Positions 57,197-64,000 of a stretch of 64,000 nucleotides of DNA are shown one piece after another. The notes beneath the pieces were generated by a model. That model was not told the DNA's origin. It ran no database searches and was given only the letters and a program-made list of their open reading frames with translations. The translations under genes and the position numbers were made by a program. The stretch lies in IMG/VR virus record IMGVR_UViG_3300027921_000114, one strand, 5' to 3'. The DNA is from an uncultured virus (IMG/VR IMGVR_UViG_3300027921_000114) (Duplodnaviria > Heunggongvirae > Uroviricota > Caudoviricetes). Within the stretch, counting starts at the first letter, position 1; each line of letters starts with the position of its first letter.

Positions 57197-57227
57197 GCTT
57201 GGCTTCTCAATCGAACAGCGCGTTACT
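57197..57227 (+). promoter_or_regulatory. bipartite motif copy 8
   Basis: GCTTGGCTT-CTCAATCGA-ACAGCGCGTTACT, 36 nt before ATG 57264. Confidence 0.75.
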
Positions 57228-57263
57228 ACGGGTGTCGAAACGATCAACCCCAAGGAGCCAACG

Positions 57264-57632
57264 ATGAACACCAGCAACCAAATCCCCGCCACCCAGAACG
57301 AAGACTGGGGCTTTTGGGGCACGATGAACGAGCAGGCCGCCGCAGCGTGGCCAATGGCGATGACCGCGATCTCGGACGCGACCAACCAGCCCCTCGAATC
57401 GGTCAGACTTTTCCTCGACAGCCGCCACGGACGCCACTTTGCAGACGACGTCCTCAACGCGCTGCTGATTGGCAACAACGTCGAGCAAGCAGTCCACGCG
57501 GCGATTGCCCGGTGGATGGGCTGGACGATTGGCCGAGTGACCTCCCGCGACTACGGCATCCCGCGCGGCTTGCCCTACCTGACGGGCTTCGTGATTCACT
57601 GCGAAGTCACCGACGAAGCATTTGCCGCCTGA
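57264..57632 (+). CDS. conserved hypothetical protein (122 aa)
   Basis: Homologue of 1817..2185. Confidence 0.85.
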   Translation: MNTSNQIPATQNEDWGFWGTMNEQAAAAWPMAMTAISDATNQPLESVRLFLDSRHGRHFADDVLNALLIGNNVEQAVHAAIARWMGWTIGRVTSRDYGIPRGLPYLTGFVIHCEVTDEAFAA

Positions 57633-58867
57633 TCATCGAACACCACCCCATCGGATTCGCGGGTGGCCTGCTTGCCCGTCCAGTCCTGCCAGCGGCGCAC
57701 GATCACATCGACATACTTGGGGTCGAGTTCGATCAAGCGCGCCAGCCGTCCCGATTTTTCGGCAGCGATCAGTGTTGTGCCGGAGCCACCGAAGGGGTCG
57801 AGCACCACGTTGCCCGGGCGGCTTGAATTGCGAATTGCACGCTCCACCAGTTCCACTGGCTTCATCGTCGGGTGCAGATCGTTCTTGTGCGGCTTCTTGA
57901 TCTGCCAGACGTCGCTCTGGTCGCGATCCCCGCACCAATGGCGCGTCGCGCCTTCTGGCCATCCGTAGAGGATCGGCTCGTACTGGCGCTGGTAGTCGGA
58001 GCGGCCCAGTGTGAAAGTGTTCTTGGCCCAGATAACGAAGGTCGACCATTTGCCGCCCGCCTCGCGGAAGGCTGACTGCAGCACATCCAGTTCACTGGAG
58101 GACATCGCCACGTAGATGCCGCCCCGGCAGTTGGCGATGGTCGGCGTCAACGCCGCCAGCAGGAAATCATAAAAGCCATCCCCAAGGTTGTCGTTCAGGA
58201 TTGCGCGGTTGGTACCGCGCATCTTGTCCTTGGCCGTGTTGGCGTAGTTCACGTTGTACGGGGGGTCGGTGAATACCATGTCCACCTGCGCGCCCTGAAG
58301 TAATTGCTCGAAGCACTCTGCTTTTGTTGAGTCTCCGCACAGCAGGCGGTGACCACCCAGCATCCAGACATCGCCCGGACGGGAGATCGGTGTTTCGGTA
58401 ATCTCTGGCACGGCATCGTCGTCGGTCTCACCGTCACCGTTGCCATCCTCATCGGCCAGCAAATCAGCCAGCGCATCCGCGTCAAAGCCGGTCAGCGACA
58501 CATCGAAGTCGTCGTCCTGCAGAGTCACCAATTCGATGCGCAGCATCGCTTCGTCCCAGCCTGCGTTCTCGGCGATCCGGTTGTCAGCAATCACCAGCGC
58601 ACGCCGCTGGGTGGGGCTCAGGTGTTCCAGCACCACGACCGGCACCAGTGCCAGCCCGAGCTTGTGGGCGGCGGCCAGACGTCCGTGACCGGCGACGATC
58701 ACGCCATCGGCACCGGCCAGAATGGGGTTGGTGAAACCAAACTCGGCAATCGAGGCAGCAATCTGCGCGACCTGTTCTTCCGAGTGCGTCCGCGCATTGC
58801 GGGCGTAGGGCAGCAGTTTGGCGGTCGGCCACTGCTCGATTTTGTCGGCAAGCCACGATGCGCTCAT
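57596..58867 (-). CDS. ParB-N-fused DNA amino-methyltransferase (DPPY)
   Basis: Homologue of 2149..3441. Confidence 0.9.
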   Translation of the reverse strand: MSASWLADKIEQWPTAKLLPYARNARTHSEEQVAQIAASIAEFGFTNPILAGADGVIVAGHGRLAAAHKLGLALVPVVVLEHLSPTQRRALVIADNRIAENAGWDEAMLRIELVTLQDDDFDVSLTGFDADALADLLADEDGNGDGETDDDAVPEITETPISRPGDVWMLGGHRLLCGDSTKAECFEQLLQGAQVDMVFTDPPYNVNYANTAKDKMRGTNRAILNDNLGDGFYDFLLAALTPTIANCRGGIYVAMSSSELDVLQSAFREAGGKWSTFVIWAKNTFTLGRSDYQRQYEPILYGWPEGATRHWCGDRDQSDVWQIKKPHKNDLHPTMKPVELVERAIRNSSRPGNVVLDPFGGSGTTLIAAEKSGRLARLIELDPKYVDVIVRRWQDWTGKQATRESDGVVFDDQAANASSVTSQ

Positions 58868-60279
58868 GGCGACACCGCCGCGCCTGCCAGTCGTTCGGCG
58901 GCCACGGCCTCGAAGGTCTGGCCCACATTTTCTCCATCGCCCAGCAGCGTCACCGGCACGTCCGGGAAATTCTGCTGGAAACGCTTGACCGCGACGTCCA
59001 CGTATTCGGGGGCGATCTCGACCGCGTGGCACCGGCGACCGTTACGCTCGGCGGCCAACATCGTCGTGCCACTACCGCCGAACGGCTCGAACACAATGTC
59101 GCCGCTGTCCGAGTAGGCGTCGAGGATGAACTCCGGCAGCGCCACCGGGAATACGGCAGGGTGGTCGATGTCCTGACCGATCTTGCCCTTGTGCCGCATC
59201 ACGCGGATCACCGAGTCGGGAATCCGCTTGTCCTGCGTGGGCTGGCCTGCGTGTGTCCAGCCGCCAACCTCGCCATCCTTGCCGCGCATCGCTGTCGACG
59301 AGCCATCGGCGCGCAGATGCGAATCCTGTCCCGCGTGCTTACAGGGTACGATCTTGTTGGGCTTGCGGCTCTGCCGATTGAAGTGAAAAACGAATTCAAA
59401 GCTCGGGGCCAGCCGCCCCTGCCAGTCGCCGGGCATCCCCGGCCCCTGATCCCAGACGTACCATGCGAAGCGCCGCCAATCTTGCGTGCGCATCCAGCCG
59501 AGCCAGCCGTCCCAGTACGGGATGACTTCGTTGTCGCGGTGGATCAGTCCGAGGTTAACCAGCACCTGACCGTCGTCGGCCATCGGCACGTTGCCGAACA
59601 CGCCGCGCATCAGGCCATCCCAATCGGTGATGCCACCACTGGCGTAGTCGCGCTGGTTGCCGTAGGGCGGCGAGGTGAAGCAGAGCTTGGCCTGCTCGCC
59701 CAGCATCAGACTGGCGATCACGGACGGGTCGGCGGCGTCACCGCAGATCAGCCGGTGCTGCCCCAATGCCCACACATCGCCAGGGCGAGACACCGGGATC
59801 GTCGGGGTGTCCGGTACATCGTCGGCCGCATCTGGTTCGTCGGTGTCCTGCTCCTGGTCGCCATCGCCGTCGCCGAGGTCGTCGGCCAGCAAGGCTTCGA
59901 TCTCGGCATCCTCGAAACCAGTAAGTGCGAGGTCGAACCCGGCTTCTGACAACTCGGCCAGTTCCAGCGCCAGCATCGCGTCGTCCCATCCGGCATCCAG
60001 CGCGAGGCGGTTGTCGGAGATCACGTAGGCACGCTTTTGCGTCGGCGACAGATGCGCCAGTTCAATCACCGGCACCTCGGTCAGGCCCAACTTGTGCGCG
60101 GCAGCGAGCCGACCGTGGCCAGCGATGATGCCGTTGTCGCCATCCACCAGTACCGGATTTGTCCAACCGTACTCGACGATGCTGGCGGCGATCTTGGCCA
60201 CCTGCTCGTCGTTGTGCGTTCGCGGATTCCGGGCGTAGGGGATCAGCGCCTCGACCTTGCGGTACTCGACGTTGAGCAT
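58864..60279 (-). CDS. ParB-N-fused DNA amino-methyltransferase (SPPY)
   Basis: Homologue of 3438..4844; alternative CTG start at 60285. Confidence 0.9.
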   Translation of the reverse strand: MLNVEYRKVEALIPYARNPRTHNDEQVAKIAASIVEYGWTNPVLVDGDNGIIAGHGRLAAAHKLGLTEVPVIELAHLSPTQKRAYVISDNRLALDAGWDDAMLALELAELSEAGFDLALTGFEDAEIEALLADDLGDGDGDQEQDTDEPDAADDVPDTPTIPVSRPGDVWALGQHRLICGDAADPSVIASLMLGEQAKLCFTSPPYGNQRDYASGGITDWDGLMRGVFGNVPMADDGQVLVNLGLIHRDNEVIPYWDGWLGWMRTQDWRRFAWYVWDQGPGMPGDWQGRLAPSFEFVFHFNRQSRKPNKIVPCKHAGQDSHLRADGSSTAMRGKDGEVGGWTHAGQPTQDKRIPDSVIRVMRHKGKIGQDIDHPAVFPVALPEFILDAYSDSGDIVFEPFGGSGTTMLAAERNGRRCHAVEIAPEYVDVAVKRFQQNFPDVPVTLLGDGENVGQTFEAVAAERLAGAAVSP

Positions 60280-60370
60280 ATTCAGTTTGTGTCTCTCAAA
60301 AAGAAGCGGCCCGGACGGGTAAGGTGGGAACCCCGTCGCGGGCCGCGAGCGTCGCTGCTGCGTTGAAATG

Positions 60371-60407
60371 AAAAAACCCGCCGACGTTCAGAGCGTGGGC
60401 GGGTTCG
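60371..60407 (-). terminator. conserved leader hairpin/terminator
   Basis: AACCCGCC-C-ACG..CGT-C-GGCGGGTT-TTTT on - strand. Confidence 0.65.
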
Positions 60408-60429
60408 TAATGCGTGCTGGATGGTGGCG

Positions 60430-60530
60430 GGGGTGCAAACTGCAAACCCTGCAAACCTTGGTTTGCAGTCGGACGCTAGAGCAATGCCGCGCTCGCGCCT
60501 CCCGCATACGATATTTGGAAAGAAGGACCC
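60430..60530 (-). other. lambda-type cos site B (cosQ 60524-60530, 12-mer 60492-60503, GCAAAC repeats)
   Basis: GGGTCCT-N20-GGGAGGCGCGAG-CGCGG. Confidence 0.7.
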
Positions 60531-60574
60531 CTTTTGCCTTGGGTCACTTCCTTTATCGTCACCGCTGTCCAGAA

Positions 60575-60615
60575 GATAGCCGAAATACTACCCCCAAACC
60601 GCTCGTTTTGTTGCA
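60575..60615 (-). promoter_or_regulatory. putative late promoter B
   Basis: TGCAACA-N18-TAGTAT-TTCG, conserved with A. Confidence 0.55.
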
Positions 60616-60673
60616 CGACCAAACAGCGTCAAAAGGGACAAGCAGGGCAAAGCGAGGACAAGCGCGGCAAGCA

Positions 60674-61090
60674 TTACCCTGCGTGACTCACGATTTTGGA
60701 AGGTGAGCAACGACCTTCGCTGTTGAGATTGGTCGCCACGATCTCCAGCGCCTTCTGCCAGCGCCGCCACGCGGTGGTGCGGTCGCAGGCAAAGCGGATC
60801 GTGATGTCACGCCATCCGTAACGCTTGGCCCGCATCCACACGAGGTGACGCTGCTCGACCTCAAGCCACTGCACCCAGCGCATCGTCTCCAGCATCCGAT
60901 CAATGTCGACGGGGCTGGGTGGGAACGGTCGGTACTCACGGGCGTCTGATGAGAAGGCTTCCCACTCCGTGCGCACGAAGGCAGGCCACGTATTGAAGTA
61001 GCCCTGGACACGGACAGGGGGCAGGCGTCGGCCAGTGACCGCAGCATCCTCGAAGCGTGCAGCCACGTCGTCTATCGTCCACTCAGTCAT
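60674..61090 (-). CDS. DUF6362-like HTH protein
   Basis: Homologue of 5284..5703. Confidence 0.75.
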   Translation of the reverse strand: MTEWTIDDVAARFEDAAVTGRRLPPVRVQGYFNTWPAFVRTEWEAFSSDAREYRPFPPSPVDIDRMLETMRWVQWLEVEQRHLVWMRAKRYGWRDITIRFACDRTTAWRRWQKALEIVATNLNSEGRCSPSKIVSHAG

Positions 61091-61286
61091 GACGTGCCCC
61101 TCCGTACAGGCGTTCGCCAATGCGGCGCACGATCTCCCGCTCAATGAAGTCCAATCGCTCGTCAGACTCGTTGACCACCAAGATGTGCTGGTCACGCCAG
61201 CCGTTGCGTTTCATCGCATCCAGATCTGTGGTGTCTGGTTGCAGCCGACCCAAGGGGCAGCGGTATTGAGGTGTTGGAACCTTCAT
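61083..61286 (-). CDS. hypothetical protein
   Basis: Homologue of 5696..5911. Confidence 0.8.
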   Translation of the reverse strand: MKVPTPQYRCPLGRLQPDTTDLDAMKRNGWRDQHILVVNESDERLDFIEREIVRRIGERLYGGARHD

Positions 61287-61287
61287 C

Positions 61288-61770
61288 TCACACCTCCTGC
61301 GTCTCGATAGCCCAGTGCAGCAGTGCCAGGGCATCGGCTTCGTTGTCATCGCAAGGGGTGTGACCACGCAACTGGACGGAGGTGATCATCTCGTTCTTGC
61401 CTGCATTGCCTTTGCCGGTTGCGTGCTTCTTGATCGTTCCCACTGGCACGCCTTGGTATGGGATGTTGTGATGTTCACACCACGCGGTCAGATGGCCCAT
61501 GAAACCGCCGTAGACGTGGGCGGCATCCACCCCCGCGTGGCGTCGAACCTCTTCGAAGTACACCGCGTTGATGTGGCCGCTGGTGGTCATCAGTTCGGCC
61601 AGCCAGCGCTTGAATCGCAGGAAGCGCATTCCGCCGCCTTCAAATCGCTGCGGCTTGAAATGCTCGGTGCCACTGGTGATCGTGCTGTCCAGCTGGTGCA
61701 GCGCCCAGCCGGTGTGCGTGCCCAGATCAAGGGCAAGAATGGTGCTGTTGGTTGTCGTATTCATCGTCAT
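61288..61770 (-). CDS. RuvC-like resolvase
   Basis: Homologue of 5908..6378. Confidence 0.85.
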   Translation of the reverse strand: MTMNTTTNSTILALDLGTHTGWALHQLDSTITSGTEHFKPQRFEGGGMRFLRFKRWLAELMTTSGHINAVYFEEVRRHAGVDAAHVYGGFMGHLTAWCEHHNIPYQGVPVGTIKKHATGKGNAGKNEMITSVQLRGHTPCDDNEADALALLHWAIETQEV

Positions 61771-61789
61771 TGCTCCTGAGTTTTTGGGG

Positions 61790-61893
61790 CGAGTGACGGA
61801 TGCGACGGGTTCTCCGTATAACTCTCTACACGTGTGCGTGCGCGTGCGCAGGCAAAGAGATGTATCCGACAAGTCCGTCACATCCGTCACTCG
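61790..61893. repeat. 19-bp inverted repeat, putative replication origin B
   Basis: CGAGTGACGGATGCGACGG / CCGTCACATCCGTCACTCG, one mismatch. Confidence 0.6.
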
Positions 61894-61906
61894 ACGGTTT
61901 TGCTGG

Positions 61907-64000
61907 TCAGTCATCGCGGTACGGGTAGCTGGCGTTGTAGGGCTTGGGTCTGAGGGACAGCCCGGTCAAACCGCGCACGCCACCGGTCAGTCGGCACTTC
62001 TCGAACTTGCGTGTCGCCATCAGTTCCGAGAAGCGCTTGACCGATCCGACGAATTCGCCCGCGCGTTCGGCCCACTCACGCCAGTCAGAAAACAGATCGG
62101 ACACGCCTTCGCGGCCGGTCTTGGCCAGCAGGCAGCGCTCCTCGATCCATTGCCCGAGTGCGTCCTCGGCTTCGAAATACTCCTCGGTCGCCGACACCAC
62201 GCTGGCTGGCGGTTTCAGCCCTTGCTGTTGCCAGCGGCTGCACCCCTCGACCGCCCACGCCAGAATCCCGTCCCGCTCCTTGAGCAGCTTGTCGGTGAGC
62301 CTGCCGTCCCGTTTTTCGGGTGGGATGGTCACCGTGAACGGGATCAGGTGCAGACGTCGCTTCATCGCTTCGTCTACATTGCGAATCGATGGTTTGTGGT
62401 TGCCTGCGATCACCAACTTGAACTGGGGCACGTACTCGAAGAAGTCCTGGCGCATGAAGCGCGCCGACACCTTGTCACCGCCCGTGATGGCCTTGACCTT
62501 GGACTCGTTCCAGCGCCGTCCCTGCTCGGTTTCGATGGAGGACACGAAGCGTGCGCCACGCAGTCCGGCCAGATCAGTGGGATGCCGGTCGTTGCGCGCG
62601 TCCATGAACGTGTCCATCGGCGCGTTGGCCGCGTAGTCACCGAGGATCGTGGTGATGACGTTGACGAACACCGACTTGCCGTTCGCGCCGGTGCCGTACA
62701 GGAAAAACAGCGCGTGCTCGCTGGTGATCCCGGTCAGGCAATAGCCCACCATCAGTTGTAGGTAGGCGATCAGATCGGCATCGCCACCGGTGACGTCGGT
62801 CAGAAACCCATGCCACGTTGGGCAGTCACCCTTGGGGGTAGCCGTGCTGACCTTGGTCATCCGGTCGTCGCGCCGGTGCTCGCGCATCCGGCCCGTGCGC
62901 AGATCGACCACGCCACCCGGGGTGTTGAGCGCCCACGTATCGGCATCCCATTCCTCGGCACTGGACGCGTGCTTCGGATCGGATCGGGCGATTTTCTCGA
63001 CCGCCGAGATGGTCGACGAACTGGCGAGTTTGGCCTTCTGCCTTGGGCTGTCTGCCTTGAGCGATGCGTTACGGCAGATGCCCCGGGCCAGATGCGAGAC
63101 GTAAAGCATCTGATCGGCATTCCAGCGCACTCCCGTCCACACCAGCCACTTGCCCCACAGCGCGCAGTAGCGCCAGTCCTGACCATAGCGACGGGTAAAG
63201 GCTGTCGACAGTCCGTCCTCGGTACTCCAGTCGATGCCCGTCAGCAAATCCGGCGGCGCAATCTCCTCGACGGAGCGCATCACGGGCATTCGCTCACCAA
63301 CGGCAAGAAAGCCCGCCACGTCAAAGCCATCGGGAATGGCGTCGGCAGCGTCCCAACCTTCGGGCCGGTCGTCGGGTGGCACGAGGATGGCGACCGTGGT
63401 CGCACCGGCGTGCAAGATCGCCTGCGAAGCGCGGTCGGCGTAGTCCCAGCCCGGTGCGTCTCGATCTGGCCAGATCAGCACCGACTTGCCTGCCAGCGGT
63501 TGCCAGTCAGTTTTATCGACCGGAGCGTTTGCGCCGTGCATTGCGGTGGTCGCCACCACACCGGCATCGATCAGCGCCTGCGCGCACTTCTCGCCTTCGA
63601 CCAGGACGATGTGGCTGGCGGCCACTAAACCCGGCTGGTTGTACAAGGGGCGTGGCTCGGGCGGTGCCATCTTGCGGCGCTTGGCATCCCACGGCCGGAA
63701 TTCCTTCTTCCGGCCCGGTGGGTCGTAGCGGTAGACAACGGCGATCAGTTTGCCAGTGGCGTCGTGATAGTCCCACTTGGCGGTCGCGGGGCCGAGATCG
63801 TCGGACGGAGGAGCTGCCTTGGCTTTGCGCACCGGTGTTGACCGCGCACGTCCAAGCAGATCGCTGGCTTCCTGCAGCACCCGAGGGAAGTCGGCATGGA
63901 TGCTGGCTCCGAGGTAGGCTGCAATCAAATCGAAGATGTCGCCGCCGTCGCCAGTCGCGCGATCCGTCCAGAGTCCGGCCTTGTCGCCGGTCAGCACCAC
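61907..64000 (-). CDS. TOPRIM primase fused to D5/P4-type SF3 helicase (5' truncated by window)
   Basis: VEGEK, D.D; GTGANGKS; GNHKP; RRLHLIPF. Confidence 0.9.
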   Translation of the reverse strand: MVLTGDKAGLWTDRATGDGGDIFDLIAAYLGASIHADFPRVLQEASDLLGRARSTPVRKAKAAPPSDDLGPATAKWDYHDATGKLIAVVYRYDPPGRKKEFRPWDAKRRKMAPPEPRPLYNQPGLVAASHIVLVEGEKCAQALIDAGVVATTAMHGANAPVDKTDWQPLAGKSVLIWPDRDAPGWDYADRASQAILHAGATTVAILVPPDDRPEGWDAADAIPDGFDVAGFLAVGERMPVMRSVEEIAPPDLLTGIDWSTEDGLSTAFTRRYGQDWRYCALWGKWLVWTGVRWNADQMLYVSHLARGICRNASLKADSPRQKAKLASSSTISAVEKIARSDPKHASSAEEWDADTWALNTPGGVVDLRTGRMREHRRDDRMTKVSTATPKGDCPTWHGFLTDVTGGDADLIAYLQLMVGYCLTGITSEHALFFLYGTGANGKSVFVNVITTILGDYAANAPMDTFMDARNDRHPTDLAGLRGARFVSSIETEQGRRWNESKVKAITGGDKVSARFMRQDFFEYVPQFKLVIAGNHKPSIRNVDEAMKRRLHLIPFTVTIPPEKRDGRLTDKLLKERDGILAWAVEGCSRWQQQGLKPPASVVSATEEYFEAEDALGQWIEERCLLAKTGREGVSDLFSDWREWAERAGEFVGSVKRFSELMATRKFEKCRLTGGVRGLTGLSLRPKPYNASYPYRDD

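Larger units (their letters stand above)
22345..64000. mobile_element. Prophage B (lambda-like siphophage with defence cargo; right part lies outside the window)
   Basis: Complete terminase-portal-protease-capsid-tail-lysis set on the - strand, plus methylases, cos-like site and primase. Confidence 0.9.

Noticed and set aside
61771..61914. N-terminal extension of RuvC in B (and 6379-6480 in A)
   Set aside because: It translates origin repeats; a better RBS and the homology both start downstream

Overview
High-GC proteobacterial DNA (probably betaproteobacterial; inference) carrying two related lambda-like siphoprophages in tandem and in the same orientation. Both are cut by the window edges. 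Prophage A (1 to ~22345) shows small + strand cassette genes, two ParB-fused DNA methyltransferases, a cos-like site, a RuvC/primase-helicase/Cas4-like/DEAD/SSB/Sak4-like replication block, an unusual regulatory region, a DUF2924 + large serine recombinase module and an EEP nuclease. A tRNA/tmRNA-3'-end-like junction at ~22323-22357 joins it to prophage B (~22345 to 64000). B carries a defence cargo (HTH, SNF2, PLD nuclease, type III Mod/Res, orphan nuclease, DUF488 pair), then lysis, tail, head and packaging genes, cassette genes, methyltransferases, a second cos-like site and a D5/P4-type primase. Main non-obvious signals: (1) eight copies of a bipartite 31-bp motif, GCTTGGCTT-N9-ACAGCGCGTTCAT, each 32-39 nt before a + strand gene, forming a variable cassette array and also heading the integrase operon; (2) two nearly identical lambda-type cos sites 55,474 bp apart that bracket a complete chimeric phage genome; (3) an SNF2-PLD-Mod-Res defence operon; (4) a -1 frameshifted tail chaperone and a conserved putative CUG start. 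Family names come from motif recognition by eye; no searches were run.
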